Assembly: GCA_028066355.1 (NCBI GenBank)
Contig: JALCBP010000006.1
Span: forward strand, 10,719 to 74,718
Direction: 5' to 3'
Source: Pirellulales bacterium
GTDB taxonomy: Bacteria > Planctomycetota > Planctomycetia > Pirellulales > UBA1268
Length of the DNA stretch: 64,000 bases
This document shows, in pieces, positions 49,561 through 60,795 of the stretch. Within the stretch, counting starts at the first letter, position 1; each line of letters begins with the position of its first letter. The notes under the pieces are model-generated. The model saw only the letters and a list, made by a program, of their open reading frames with translations. It was not told the origin of the DNA and did no database searches. A program made the translations under genes and the position numbers.

Positions 49561-50346
49561 ATGTCTGCACGACACGGCCTTGCTATCGTATTACTTGCTG
49601 CCGCGACATCTGGCTGGATTTCTTCAAGCCTCGCCCAGCAAGTCTTACCACCGCCGGTGCAATTCAATCCGCCACAGGTACCTTACGATCCCACAAGCCC
49701 ACTTCCTGCCGGTACCGTGATTGATTCTTCCGGTCCTATATACCCAAGCCCGATCGCCGTGCCTGGAAATTCCGTTCTAATTCCACCTCTTGACGCCGAG
49801 GTTGTCTGGTGCCAACTCGTGAATGTTACCGATGATTTCTTCAAAATTCAAAGCGAACAACGGGTGGTTTTCGCCCAAGGTATTCCAACAGAAGGGCGAA
49901 TAACGACGTTCCCTCAAACCGGCGCCACCCTTCTTGAGCCCTGGCGGGGTGATTCGGTTGGCTTTCATGAGCGACTTGAGAGCACTTTACAGTCGATTCG
50001 TCGGATTGCGTCAGTCCGTCTGATTCCTGACCCTGGTGGCTGGAGGGTCGAAGTATCAGTACAAAAGGAACTAGAGAATCTTCTCAGACCGATGCACGCC
50101 ACTGCTGGTGGAGCTACCTTTCGTAACGATGATTCGCTGTACCGATATGGCACACCTCTTCCTGTACTCGGGCAGCGGGTTGGGGATCAACCCCGACCCG
50201 TAGCAACACCTACACGAACCGATGGCTGGATCCCGCTTGGCCGTGACGCGCTCCTCGAGCGGCGAATGCTTGATAAAATTCTTAAGCGATTGGGTGTTGC
50301 ACCAGTACCACAATATTCTGCAGCGGCAACACTTCCTGTGAACTGA
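49561..50346 (+). CDS. Exported hypothetical protein with Pro-rich linker
   Basis: Signal peptide ending SSLA, a Pro-rich stretch, then a globular domain (VWCQLVNVTDDFFKI...GATLLEPWRGDS). Confidence 0.75.
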   Translation: MSARHGLAIVLLAAATSGWISSSLAQQVLPPPVQFNPPQVPYDPTSPLPAGTVIDSSGPIYPSPIAVPGNSVLIPPLDAEVVWCQLVNVTDDFFKIQSEQRVVFAQGIPTEGRITTFPQTGATLLEPWRGDSVGFHERLESTLQSIRRIASVRLIPDPGGWRVEVSVQKELENLLRPMHATAGGATFRNDDSLYRYGTPLPVLGQRVGDQPRPVATPTRTDGWIPLGRDALLERRMLDKILKRLGVAPVPQYSAAATLPVN

Positions 50347-50352
50347 TCATGG

Positions 50353-52032
50353 CTACTCGTCAGTAACACATCCCTCTGAAGCTGGCGAAACACAACGAAT
50401 ATATTTTGCCAAGATTCCACGGTCACATTTTGGAGAAGGTTGTTGCCAACGACTCTTTCGGTCCGCAAGTTCAGTCGCACTCACATCCACGTCGATGGCT
50501 GCCTTCTCAGCATCAATGGTGATGACATCACCGTTCTCAACAAGTGCAATTGGCCCCCCGTCAAACGCTTCTGGTACAACGTGACCAACAATAAAGCCAT
50601 GCGACCCACCAGAAAATCTGCCATCGGTAATTAGTGCGACATCGGCCCCCAAACCAGCTCCCATTAACGCCGATGTCGGCGTTAACATCTCAGGCATTCC
50701 GGGACCTCCCTTCGGGCCTTCGTAGCGAATAATGACCACGTCTCCACGGTGAATACCACCGTTCTCTAACGCCGTCAGCATATCCTCCTCACTATCAAAT
50801 ACTCTTGCCGGGCCAGAGAACCGAGATCCCTCCTTTCCGGTAATCTTCGCAACAGCAGTCCCAGGAGCAAGATTGCCAGTAAGTATCGTTATGTGACCAG
50901 TTGGTTTAATAGGATCTTCAACCGGTTGAATAATCCTTTGACCCTCAGCCAAACCTTTACTGCCAGCAAGATTTTCAGCCAAGGTTTTTCCAGTCACCGT
51001 AAGGCAGTCTCCTTCAAGAAGGCCCTTGTCAAGGAGATATTTCATGAGGCCACTCGTGCCACCAATCGAATGCAGATCCTCCTGGACGAACTTTCCACTT
51101 GGTTTCAAGTCAGCAAGGTAGGGAATACGCCGGGAGACTGCCTGAAAGTCAGAGGGCTCAAGTGTGACACCAACACTTCGAGCCATCGCAATCAAATGAA
51201 GTACAGCATTTGTTGAACCACCTAGCGCCATGATAACGACCATGGCGTTCTCGAAGGCTGCCCTAGTCATGATGTCCCGCGGCTTGATGTCCAGTTCCAA
51301 CAGATGAAGCAGTGCAGCACCAGCTCGACGGCACTCAGCGATTTTTGCTTCATCTTCAGCTGGTATAGATGCCGTATCTGGAAGCGCCATCCCCATCGCT
51401 TCAATGGCTGTTGCCATCGTGTTTGCGGTATACATCCCACCGCACGCACCCGAACCTGGGCATGCATGACGCACGATATCTGATCGCCTGCTGTCATCGA
51501 TACGACCAGCAACATACTCTCCATAACACTGGAATGCCGAGACGATATCGAGCGACGTCCCGTCATCGAGATGTCCCGGTTTAATCGTACCACCGTATAC
51601 CATGAGGGCAGGGCGGTTCAGTCGACCCATTGCAATCAAGCACCCCGGCATATTCTTGTCACACCCAGGAATCGCAACGAGCCCATCGTACCATTGAGCC
51701 TGCATAACAGTTTCGATTGAATCAGCAATGATATCTCGTGACGGCAATGAAAAACTCATGCCATCAGTGCCCATTGAAATCCCATCGCTCACACCTATGG
51801 TGTTGAACCGCATACCAACCAGACCATTCTCGATAACACCGTCTCGCACCGCAGCTGCAAGTTTATCGAGGTGCATATTGCATGTGTTTCCTTCGTACCA
51901 CATGCTCGCTATACCTACCTGCGGCTTGCCGAGGTCTTCGGGAGTCAGGCCCGTGCCCAGCAACATAGCCTGCGAAGCGCCTTGGGCGCGTGGTTGGGTA
52001 ATTCTTGAACTGTAACGATTAAGCGTAGTCAT
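50353..52032 (-). CDS. ilvD: Dihydroxy-acid dehydratase
   Basis: [36 protein letters not shown] and TDGRFSGGS. Confidence 0.98.
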   Translation of the reverse strand: MTTLNRYSSRITQPRAQGASQAMLLGTGLTPEDLGKPQVGIASMWYEGNTCNMHLDKLAAAVRDGVIENGLVGMRFNTIGVSDGISMGTDGMSFSLPSRDIIADSIETVMQAQWYDGLVAIPGCDKNMPGCLIAMGRLNRPALMVYGGTIKPGHLDDGTSLDIVSAFQCYGEYVAGRIDDSRRSDIVRHACPGSGACGGMYTANTMATAIEAMGMALPDTASIPAEDEAKIAECRRAGAALLHLLELDIKPRDIMTRAAFENAMVVIMALGGSTNAVLHLIAMARSVGVTLEPSDFQAVSRRIPYLADLKPSGKFVQEDLHSIGGTSGLMKYLLDKGLLEGDCLTVTGKTLAENLAGSKGLAEGQRIIQPVEDPIKPTGHITILTGNLAPGTAVAKITGKEGSRFSGPARVFDSEEDMLTALENGGIHRGDVVIIRYEGPKGGPGMPEMLTPTSALMGAGLGADVALITDGRFSGGSHGFIVGHVVPEAFDGGPIALVENGDVITIDAEKAAIDVDVSATELADRKSRWQQPSPKCDRGILAKYIRCVSPASEGCVTDE

Positions 52033-52283
52033 CTATGTATGGTCTCCAGTTAGTCGGACCTCCGCAGAATAGATTTTCTTAGCAAAGTAGAAAAGTCTTG
52101 CCAATGAAGCCCCCACCACAGTTCATCTTTTTCGATGCCGGCAAGCTTTAAATTTTTTCCAGTTACGACCTTGAATTTCACGAGATCTCTGAAAGAACAG
52201 GAATTTCTTTCTCGTATGTGAAGGAGTTGTACACCCACAAAAAAACCGGACACCTCTGCCCACCAGCTTATTTGTGACCTGAA

Positions 52284-52538
52284 TCATCCTGACATTCGTT
52301 TGGGGGATTTGACTGACAAAGCCAGCCTCGCAACATCGGCTTCTCTAAAGGCTCCTTCCAGCACTACCTCACCATCTTTGAGCAAGACGGGAACCCGCAC
52401 TCCATACAGACGCTTACGCGACTCATCCACATCGACATCCCAAACCAGGCAGCCAGGAAAATACACAGCAACCAGATCTTCAGCCTGCTCACAGAGATGG
52501 CAATGTTTCCGACTAATCAGTGCGATGGTATTCGTCAT
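52284..52538 (-). CDS. Glutaredoxin-like protein (DUF836 type)
   Basis: CHLC motif and YGVRVPVL cis-Pro loop. Confidence 0.8.
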   Translation of the reverse strand: MTNTIALISRKHCHLCEQAEDLVAVYFPGCLVWDVDVDESRKRLYGVRVPVLLKDGEVVLEGAFREADVARLALSVKSPKRMSG

Positions 52539-52609
52539 GAAAGCCCACCTACCGCCACACCCCTTAGATTTACTGTTTTGGACATGTCGCACAACCTTTT
52601 CCAGTCAAA

Positions 52610-52618
52610 TGCTATGAT
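52610..52618 (+). promoter_or_regulatory. Extended -10 element upstream of the kinase gene
   Basis: TGCTATGAT, about 50 nt before the ATG. Confidence 0.4.
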
Positions 52619-52670
52619 AGAATTCGGTTAGTTTTAGCAAAAGTGTTTATTCAAGTTCAGATGGGCAACA

Positions 52671-54404
52671 ATGAGCCAGTCGGTCTCTACTATCAAAAAT
52701 TTTGTCGACATTGTGAGAAAAAGTGGTCTCGCAGAGGCATCAAAGATTGATGAGGTCGTTGCCTCCTTGGATAATCTCGACGCGGCTGTAACTGATGAAG
52801 TCACCAACGCTTTTATTGAAGCCAAACTGATCACAACATGGCATCTTAAGCAACTCCTCAAGGGAAAACACCGTGGCTTTTTTCTTGAACGCTACAAACT
52901 ACTCAATGAGTTAGGCAAAGGTGGCATGAGCAGTGTGTATCTCGCTGAGCACACAGATATGCATCTCCCGGTCGCCATTAAGGTTCTCCCTGTAAAAAGA
53001 GTTGGTGAAAAATCTTATCTTGAGAGGTTTAAACGAGAAGCAAAAGCTTCTTTCAAACTCCGGCATGACAATATTGCCGGTGCGACAAACTTCGCACATC
53101 ATGGTGACCTCTGGTACATCGTGCTGGATTACATTGAAGGTGAAGACCTTTACCAAAAAGTCAAGGCGAGTGGCCCCCTCCCTGTTCGTGATGCTGTGGA
53201 ATATATTCGCCAAGCAGCGTGTGGTCTTCAATACGCGCATGAACAGGGGCTAGTCCACCGTGACATAAAGCCCGCCAACTTGATGTTAGACACGAAAGGT
53301 ACCGTCAAAATTCTTGATCTGGGATTGGCCCTAGACGGTGATGACGATGAGGAGGGCGGACTTACAAAGGCACACGACGAGAAGGTTTTAGGCACGGCAG
53401 ACTATCTTGCCCCAGAGCAATCAAAAAACAGCCACTCCGCTGACCCACGATCAGATATCTACGCACTCGGTTGCACGCTCTACTACCTCATCGTTGGCAG
53501 AGCACCATTCGCACGGGGAAGTGTTATTGAGCGAATTAAGGCTCACTGGAACGAACCAGCCCCGAACCCTCTTGACGAACTTGAAAAGCCACCAACAGAC
53601 CTCGATTCCGCCCTCATTGACTTGTATTTCAGGATGATGGAAAAGCATCCTGACGCACGCCCGCAGACTGCAGGAGAGGTTGCTGACCAGCTCAACGCGT
53701 GGCTTAATCAGCATCAACAAGATCGGCCCCAACCAGCAGGACTACGTCGTCATACCACCGAAAGTTCTCAAGACAGTAGCGGATCGCTCCCCACATCCAA
53801 TTCTTCAAGTATCGCTGGACTGCGGCGACAGCCTTCGAAACAACAACCCTCTGGTATTGGAAACCAAGAAAACCTTCGCCGGACCCCGTCAAAAACAAGT
53901 CCTGAACCAACAGATGATTTTGATAACCCCGATGATGAAGATGATTTTCTCGGGGGTGCCGAAGCAGATGAAGACGCTGACGACGAAGACGATGACTTTC
54001 TTTTTGCCGGTGCTGGAAATAGTTCACCGACAACTTCATCGAACAGTCAAACAGGAAACGCCGATGACGACGATGATGATTTCCTAGCCATGACAGGCGG
54101 TGGCTCAGCTGCTAGATCTTCATCGCAGCAGCAACTCCATGCTGATGAGCTTTCTGTTGATGAGTGGTGGAGCACAACATTTTTGCGTCTCTCTCTACGC
54201 GCCTGGTTCTGGATCGGCATTGGCCTCTTTATTACCTTTGTGCTGACTGTCATCACAATTGAAGTATTGAAGGCATATAACGTCGGACCATTTAAAGAGA
54301 CAACCGCCCAAACATCCGACACGGCCAACTACTTGTCGCCATCTGGTCATTTTAGCCGTGAATTCAGAGCACACTGTGGAAATCAGATTCAGTGTTTTCT
54401 CTGA
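52671..54404 (+). CDS. Hanks-type Ser/Thr protein kinase with acidic linker and C-terminal TM
   Basis: LGKGGMSSVY, VAIK, HRDIKPAN, DLG, GTADYLAPE and DIYALG; TM WFWIGIGLFITFVLTVITI. Confidence 0.95.
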   Translation: MSQSVSTIKNFVDIVRKSGLAEASKIDEVVASLDNLDAAVTDEVTNAFIEAKLITTWHLKQLLKGKHRGFFLERYKLLNELGKGGMSSVYLAEHTDMHLPVAIKVLPVKRVGEKSYLERFKREAKASFKLRHDNIAGATNFAHHGDLWYIVLDYIEGEDLYQKVKASGPLPVRDAVEYIRQAACGLQYAHEQGLVHRDIKPANLMLDTKGTVKILDLGLALDGDDDEEGGLTKAHDEKVLGTADYLAPEQSKNSHSADPRSDIYALGCTLYYLIVGRAPFARGSVIERIKAHWNEPAPNPLDELEKPPTDLDSALIDLYFRMMEKHPDARPQTAGEVADQLNAWLNQHQQDRPQPAGLRRHTTESSQDSSGSLPTSNSSSIAGLRRQPSKQQPSGIGNQENLRRTPSKTSPEPTDDFDNPDDEDDFLGGAEADEDADDEDDDFLFAGAGNSSPTTSSNSQTGNADDDDDDFLAMTGGGSAARSSSQQQLHADELSVDEWWSTTFLRLSLRAWFWIGIGLFITFVLTVITIEVLKAYNVGPFKETTAQTSDTANYLSPSGHFSREFRAHCGNQIQCFL

Positions 54405-54500
54405 AAAATTAAGCGATCGCCTTTGTGTCCAATTTTTAAAATATTTTTAAAAATGTTATGGCACAAAATAAAATAGTGATTTCAACCATCTATCTTGGTA

Positions 54501-55265
54501 TTAACAGAACTGCAGGAAATCCACTTCCCTCAGCTCATTAAGCTGAGAGCCGTTTGTAAGATCATATTTGAGCGGTGTGACGGTAATCACTCCTTCGGCA
54601 AGTGCTGTAACATCACTGTCTTTGGCTGATGGTGGTGGTGGTGGATCGTTACTGGCCCAATAATAGTTCCGCCCACGTGGATCGATTCGTCGCTCGAACG
54701 CTTCTCCGTAGCGGGCGACGCTCATTGGAACAACTCGCACCTCAGGTTTCCGGGTCAGGGCAGCTGTTGGAATATTGATATTGAAGAGACTGCCGGCAGG
54801 TGGACGAAGTGAAACCAACCCTTTGACAAGTCCACCCGCCATCGCTGCCGCCTGTTCGAAGTTCATGTGATCATCCCATTCCAGGGATACAGCAATACTC
54901 GTGATTCCAAAGAATGAGCCTTCAATAGCTGCCGCAACTGTCCCGGAATAGAGAACGTTGATACCGGCATTCAGACCAGCATTAATGCCGCTTATGATGA
55001 GGTCTGGTCGCTGTGGGCATATTTCTGAGACACCGAGTTTCACGGCGTCTGCAGGACTACCATCAACTGCCCATCCCCGACGCTTCTCACCTCGAAAAAC
55101 CTCTTTTGCCGTAAGTGGTGAAAGAAATGTAATACCGTGACCAACGCCACTCTGCTCAGTTGATGGTGCAACAACCAGGGTCTGAAACTCATCTTTTACG
55201 ATGTCCTCCAAAGCGGCAAGCCCTGGCGCGTAGATTCCATCATCATTCGAAAGCAGGGCAAACAT
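54501..55265 (-). CDS. surE: 5'/3'-nucleotidase SurE
   Basis: LSNDDG, QSGVGH, GSPADAV and SGINAGLN..YSGTVAAA. Confidence 0.96.
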   Translation of the reverse strand: MFALLSNDDGIYAPGLAALEDIVKDEFQTLVVAPSTEQSGVGHGITFLSPLTAKEVFRGEKRRGWAVDGSPADAVKLGVSEICPQRPDLIISGINAGLNAGINVLYSGTVAAAIEGSFFGITSIAVSLEWDDHMNFEQAAAMAGGLVKGLVSLRPPAGSLFNINIPTAALTRKPEVRVVPMSVARYGEAFERRIDPRGRNYYWASNDPPPPPSAKDSDVTALAEGVITVTPLKYDLTNGSQLNELREVDFLQFC

Positions 55266-55433
55266 GCAGTTTCTCCATTTGTCAGACTAACCCATATTTT
55301 ATCGTGACTCTCGAGCCAAACACTAATTTAGCAGTTCATACCGGGAAACTCATACATGGTGTGTTTTCATAGGGCAGGGGGAGTATACTGTCGGGCTTTC
55401 AAAAAAGTCCTCGTAGGGAATGACCAGATACCA

Positions 55434-57029
55434 ATGACGAGTTCACTGCCGGAAGCTACTAATTCAGATCACAAAGCTTTTCAGTCTGTAAATGCTGAAC
55501 GGGTAGTGGTATTGGATTTTGGATCGCAGTATGCCCAACTCATCGCTCGGCGAGTTCGTGAACAACACGTATACTGCGAAATTGTCCGTCATGATATATC
55601 TGCAGAACGCCTCGCTGAAATCTCACCAAAGGGCATCATTCTCTCTGGTGGACCAGCGAGCATTTATGAAGATGATGCTCCTCGCTGTGACCCCGGACTA
55701 TTCTCGCTAGGCATTCCAGTTCTGGGAATTTGTTACGGCATGCAGGCTGCGTGTGAGGCTCTTGGTGGCACGGTAGGCCGTGCAGAATCAAGGGAATACG
55801 GTCGATCCAATTGTGATGTCATCTCAGATAGTTCACTTTTTTCAGGTGTCCCCACAAGCACTGATGTCTGGATGAGTCACGGTGATCAGGTAACCACTGT
55901 CTCAGATGACTTTGTTGCGCTTGCAAAAACAGAAACGTGCCCTCTGGCTGCAGTTCGGCATAGGACCCTTCCAGTCTTTGGCCTACAATTTCATCCTGAG
56001 GTGACCCACACGCCCGCGGGTAGCGAAATTCTTGCCAACTTTCTTCAGCACGAATGCGGTTGTACTGGCACGTGGCGGCTTGAAGATTTTGCCGAACTTG
56101 CAATTGAGTCAATTAGACAAAAAGTAGGCTCTGACCGTGTCATCTGTGGCCTTTCTGGTGGAGTTGACTCCGCTGTAGTCGCAGCGCTAATCAGCAAGGC
56201 GATTGGAGATAACCTCTCTTGCATTCTTGTTGACAACGGTCTTCTTCGCAAAAACGAGGCTTCTGCTGTTATTGAAGAGTTTTCCGATCACTTCAAGACA
56301 GATCTTCACGTTGTTTCAGCAGAGGACCGTTTTCTTGATGTCCTCGCCGGCATTACCGAGCCACAGGAAAAGCGACGTCGCATCGGCGCAACGTTTATTG
56401 ACTGTTTCGCCGATGAAGCATCAAAAATTGAAGATGCTCGCTTTCTCGCGCAGGGAACGCTCTACCCGGATGTCATCGAGAGTGGTGCAGCTGCTGATGG
56501 GCCCGCGGCGACGATTAAACTACACCACAATGTTGGTGGCCTGCCAGATGATCTGCAGTTTGAACTTATTGAACCACTCCGAGATCTATTTAAGGACGAA
56601 GTTCGCCAACTTGGCATCAACTTAGGATTGCCAGAGCATATTGTCTGGCGGCATCCGTTCCCCGGTCCAGGCCTTGCCGTCCGCTGTCTTGGTGAAATAA
56701 CAAAAACACGGCTTGATACACTTCGTGAAGCTGATGCGATTGTTCTGCAAGAACTGCAAGAAGCCGGCTTAATGAGAAAAATCGCTCAGGCATTTGCTGT
56801 ACTGCTTCCGGTACAGAGCGTCGGGGTCATGGGTGACGCGCGCACCTATGAAGATGCTCTAGCAATTCGTGCTGTTGAAACAGAAGACTTTATGACTGCT
56901 GACTGGAGTCATATTCCCTACGAGGTTCTCGGCCGAATGTCGACAAGAATCATTAATGAAGTACGGGGGGTTAACCGAGTAGTCTACGATATTTCATCAA
57001 AGCCACCAGCAACGATTGAATGGGAATAA
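55434..57029 (+). CDS. guaA: GMP synthase (glutamine-hydrolysing)
   Basis: LDFGSQY, GICYGMQ, QFHPEV, LSGGVDS, HPFPGPG and KPPATIEWE. Confidence 0.98.
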   Translation: MTSSLPEATNSDHKAFQSVNAERVVVLDFGSQYAQLIARRVREQHVYCEIVRHDISAERLAEISPKGIILSGGPASIYEDDAPRCDPGLFSLGIPVLGICYGMQAACEALGGTVGRAESREYGRSNCDVISDSSLFSGVPTSTDVWMSHGDQVTTVSDDFVALAKTETCPLAAVRHRTLPVFGLQFHPEVTHTPAGSEILANFLQHECGCTGTWRLEDFAELAIESIRQKVGSDRVICGLSGGVDSAVVAALISKAIGDNLSCILVDNGLLRKNEASAVIEEFSDHFKTDLHVVSAEDRFLDVLAGITEPQEKRRRIGATFIDCFADEASKIEDARFLAQGTLYPDVIESGAAADGPAATIKLHHNVGGLPDDLQFELIEPLRDLFKDEVRQLGINLGLPEHIVWRHPFPGPGLAVRCLGEITKTRLDTLREADAIVLQELQEAGLMRKIAQAFAVLLPVQSVGVMGDARTYEDALAIRAVETEDFMTADWSHIPYEVLGRMSTRIINEVRGVNRVVYDISSKPPATIEWE

Positions 57030-57177
57030 TATTTCCTGCGGGTCAGATTTTCATTACCGAACATCTATTACTCTTACGAATAGTGACGCACAATAGATAA
57101 CAGACCCTACGTCAGAAGCAGATAAACAACACCGTGCGATTCACGGAAGCTGTGAAGTTTCAGCTTTTAAACATTGG

Positions 57178-57945
57178 ATGATTTCAATGGTGAACAAAGA
57201 GAACGGATCGAATCCACGTCCCCTCGGTATCATCTTTGCGTTACCTATTGAAGCCCACACATTTGAACGTCGGGCTTGTGATACGAAGGAGTTCCGAGGA
57301 CAAGAATGCGTTGTCTTTGAGGGACGTATTGGGAACTATCCGATTACCTGGACAATTTCCGGTGTTGGGCGAGACGCAGCTTCACGTGCTGCACAACTCA
57401 TGATTGACGGGCACCGACCCCACACGTTGATTTCTGCAGGATTTGCAGGCGCTCTGGCCCCAGACCTTGAACATGGAAATGTGCTTATTCCAGACAAAAT
57501 ACTGAACGATCGCCATGAATGCATCTACACCGTAGTCTCGATTGATCAAATTCCGTTCCTTGTTACGAAAACAAGAAAACCGAGAGCACTGATAACTGTT
57601 GATTCAGTTATCACTTCAAAAGAAGCCAAGGCTCAACTTCGGAAAAGCTCGAATGCTGATCTGGTTGACATGGAATCTGTAGCAGTCGCACAGATTGCAC
57701 GAGAAGCCGACATTCCATTCCTGGCTGTCCGAGCAATCTCTGACACGTCCGATGAAACACTTCCTCCTGAAGTTAGTCGCCTGAGCCAGCCACAGTCACC
57801 GATGCATCGTTTTGGTGCTGCCATTGCCGCGATTACTCGGCGTCCAGCAGCCATCACTGATCTCTGGAAACTATGGGAGCAGGGCATGTTCTGCTCTCGA
57901 ACGCTTGCAGATCAACTCGAAAAGATCATCCGAGCAGACAACTGA
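57178..57945 (+). CDS. PNP/MTA-nucleosidase superfamily protein (possibly HpnG-like)
   Basis: FALPIE, SGVG, ISAGFAGAL, VDMES and VRAISD. Confidence 0.8.
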   Translation: MISMVNKENGSNPRPLGIIFALPIEAHTFERRACDTKEFRGQECVVFEGRIGNYPITWTISGVGRDAASRAAQLMIDGHRPHTLISAGFAGALAPDLEHGNVLIPDKILNDRHECIYTVVSIDQIPFLVTKTRKPRALITVDSVITSKEAKAQLRKSSNADLVDMESVAVAQIAREADIPFLAVRAISDTSDETLPPEVSRLSQPQSPMHRFGAAIAAITRRPAAITDLWKLWEQGMFCSRTLADQLEKIIRADN

Positions 57946-57963
57946 GACTGCGCATTCGCAAGG

Positions 57964-58734
57964 TCAATTGAGATGTTTCTGACAAAACTCAACCGACAGA
58001 CCAAGCCATGTCATTCCAGATTCTACTTTCGGCAGTTCATTTCTATCTCCACCATATAACGAAGAAGGAACGCCAAGCTTTTGAGCCTTTTCATAGACGA
58101 TCTTGGCGGCCCAAGGTGGATGAATTTTGTCTTTGGGCGAGGCATTCGAGTAAAGGAAAACCGGGGCTTCTCCAGCATCCATAAGCGGTATGATGATTTC
58201 TTTCGTTCGCCATGGCTGCCAGAGGCTCACCACCACATTCGGGCGTGAACTCATGCGAGCAACATTGTCATCACTCTCAGGGTTTGCATAATCATCTTGG
58301 TACGCCAGGTATTCACTGATGATAGCGCCGGCAGAAGCTCCACCACACACAATTCGATCAGCGTCAATTTTCCAGTTTTCTGATTGAGACCGTACAAACT
58401 GAATGGCTCGTGCACAATGCCTTGCTATTTCAAGGTGATCAATGTTTTTGCTGAGAAGCGGATAGTTGCAACTAGCAACGGCGAAACCAGCCTCTTGATA
58501 CACATCGAGCATTGCCGAATTCTTTTTGCCAAACTCGCTTTTATCGCCCGTCTGAAAACCTCCACCATGAAACCAGACAAACACGGGAGCCGGACCTTCT
58601 TCAGACAGAGCCGGCCAGTAATCGAGCACATCTCGTTCGTGCTTTGTGTCGTACGCGATGTCCTGCTGTGGTTCAGCACCAAATGAGACCGCTGAACACC
58701 ACGCAACAACAAGTAGTGCTATTTTTTTCATCAC
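57964..58734 (-). CDS. Exported alpha/beta-hydrolase (esterase-like)
   Basis: Signal peptide, FHGGGF and GASAG. Confidence 0.85.
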   Translation of the reverse strand: MMKKIALLVVAWCSAVSFGAEPQQDIAYDTKHERDVLDYWPALSEEGPAPVFVWFHGGGFQTGDKSEFGKKNSAMLDVYQEAGFAVASCNYPLLSKNIDHLEIARHCARAIQFVRSQSENWKIDADRIVCGGASAGAIISEYLAYQDDYANPESDDNVARMSSRPNVVVSLWQPWRTKEIIIPLMDAGEAPVFLYSNASPKDKIHPPWAAKIVYEKAQKLGVPSSLYGGDRNELPKVESGMTWLGLSVEFCQKHLN

Positions 58735-58827
58735 AACCCAAAAAGAAACTGACAGAACGGGACAATGAAGACTGATATCAACTCGAAGAAGTTGACCCCG
58801 TTCATTTAGTAATGGCTATTAGATCGA

Positions 58828-59316
58828 TTACTTCGATGTAAGCTCAAAATTAAAAACATTTTCGCCATCAGCAGTGACCGTTGCAGATAACCCTGACTTC
58901 TCATGATCACTGTATTTCTCTGGCAACTCATTGACAGGATCTTTTTCAGAATCGGCTGACGGGCCCTCGTCTGTGTTCATCGATTCATCATATGGAGTTC
59001 CACCCGGGGTCGTCTCAATTTCAACAGCAGGAAATTTCTCAATTGCGACACCGAATGAGCCGAGCATAGCGCCATCACCAGCATTGAAAGAAGTTACTTC
59101 AAAGGCTCCGCTCGCGTCCGTTGTCGCGTTCGCTGGCTTCTGTCCATCGAGTGGATAAAAAGAAATGGTTGCTCGCTCAACCGGAGTTCCGTCAAGCGTA
59201 ACGGTACCCGAACTTTTATATGTTGGCGGCCACTTTGGGCCACCACAACCCACGAAGGCTACAACAGTAAGGCTTGCCAGAAATACCGTCAGATAACATA
59301 CAGGAGTTTTGCTCAT
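58828..59316 (-). CDS. Small lipoprotein with carboxypeptidase-regulatory-like beta-sandwich (typical DUF1559 partner)
   Basis: Lipobox FVGC; SGTVTLDGTP..ATISF.P, ATTDASGAF and LPEKYS...L.ATV...FNFEL. Confidence 0.9.
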   Translation of the reverse strand: MSKTPVCYLTVFLASLTVVAFVGCGGPKWPPTYKSSGTVTLDGTPVERATISFYPLDGQKPANATTDASGAFEVTSFNAGDGAMLGSFGVAIEKFPAVEIETTPGGTPYDESMNTDEGPSADSEKDPVNELPEKYSDHEKSGLSATVTADGENVFNFELTSK

Positions 59317-59347
59317 TTTGGTTCACGGCGTAAAAAAGAAGATGAAT

Positions 59348-59384
59348 AAAAAAGCTTGCCGCAGGCCAAGAACCTGCGGCAAGC
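59348..59384 (-). terminator. Intrinsic terminator between the DUF1559 gene and the lipoprotein gene
   Basis: Minus strand GCTTGCCGCAGG-TTCTTGG-CCTGCGGCAAGC-TTTTTT: perfect 12-bp stem plus U6. Confidence 0.85.
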
Positions 59385-59397
59385 CATACTTGAATGC

Positions 59398-60594
59398 TTA
59401 CTGACGAATTGCCTCGCCACCCATTTTTGATCCCATGGCACCCCAGACACCATAAGGTGAAGGAGTTGGATTAGCTAAACGATCAACACCACTGCCAACT
59501 TTTTTGGTCAGATCACCGGTATCGATGTTGTCGTTTACAAATCGGGTACTCGCATCAGCCATCGCAAGCACAACTCCACCCGGATGGTAAGAAGATGCTG
59601 ACAAAACACCGTGATTCCAATTTACAGGGTTTTGCACAACACCACACGATGGCGAGTTGGGTGGCAGCACCGTGTTAAATCCTGTCCTTGAAATGTAACC
59701 ATCAACAAAGTTACCACCCTTAATCGAGTGAAGAGACTGGCCAGCTACGAACTTCTGTCCATCACGGACTGCTAAACACCTACTCGGGTTATTCTGCACA
59801 CCCGCAACACCAATTGCTTCAGCCGTCCGATAGTCTTCATTTGTTGCCGAGATATTAGTCCGACCGTTTCCAACACACCCCTCACTGATAAGAGCTGTAT
59901 TCGATAGACCGTCAGTGACCTCTCTAAATTCAATTCCTCGTTTTGTCGCGTTGTCAAGGGGCGTTGTCGGGTTTTGTACGGGATATGAGGCATTCCCAAA
60001 CATACCGCGATACCATTCCTTCCAAACGCGCCCTGCGGGGTCGCTCTGAGGAAAATACCGTTGACGCAGGTTCACTGTACTGTCGCCATAGCAACCGAGA
60101 TAATTAGTTGGCGCGTACTGACCTGCAGCTACTGTCGGTTGCGTATCTGATGGACAGCGGAGAAAGGTCGGTTCACCAATACCTGGCCGACCATATCTTA
60201 AAGCCCCGTGCCAAACGGGCTTGTCAGGAAACGAAGCAATTGTATCTGCAACCATCTGCTGTTCCATAAACGGCATCACTTGAGCTATCCAAGACAAACG
60301 TCCGCCCTGACTAATCCCAGGACCAACCCACTTCGTGTATGTGCCACCCTGACCGGAAGGGAAGGCCCCATTTGAATCCGAGAAAGTATGGCAAGCCAAG
60401 GCTAATTGCTTCACTTGGTTCGTGCACGCGCTACGACGAGCAGCTTCACGTGCCTGCTGAACTGCCGGCAACAACAAGCCGACAAGAACACCAATAATGG
60501 CAATAACCACGAGTAGTTCAATCAGCGTGAAGCCGACTCTGCGTTTGTCAGCAGGTGGAGCACCACACCGCAATGCATATTGAAAAGTAGACAT
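59398..60594 (-). CDS. DUF1559 prepilin-type N-terminal cleavage/methylation domain protein
   Basis: RVG|[46 protein letters not shown] and SYHPGG...MADAS. Confidence 0.95.
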   Translation of the reverse strand: MSTFQYALRCGAPPADKRRVGFTLIELLVVIAIIGVLVGLLLPAVQQAREAARRSACTNQVKQLALACHTFSDSNGAFPSGQGGTYTKWVGPGISQGGRLSWIAQVMPFMEQQMVADTIASFPDKPVWHGALRYGRPGIGEPTFLRCPSDTQPTVAAGQYAPTNYLGCYGDSTVNLRQRYFPQSDPAGRVWKEWYRGMFGNASYPVQNPTTPLDNATKRGIEFREVTDGLSNTALISEGCVGNGRTNISATNEDYRTAEAIGVAGVQNNPSRCLAVRDGQKFVAGQSLHSIKGGNFVDGYISRTGFNTVLPPNSPSCGVVQNPVNWNHGVLSASSYHPGGVVLAMADASTRFVNDNIDTGDLTKKVGSGVDRLANPTPSPYGVWGAMGSKMGGEAIRQ

Positions 60595-60795
60595 AGTAAA
60601 AACCTTCAGAAAAAGTATTAAATATTCATTCCTCACCAAAAACTAACACTACAAATATGACAAAGCAGCAACTTAAGGACAACTGCTATTTTTCTGCTTG
60701 TTTCCGGCCAACTGATCACACTAACGCCTGAAAGCGGTTTCACGGCTTGGTTGCTGCTTGTGATTCTACTTAATTATCAAAACTCACCATGAAGT

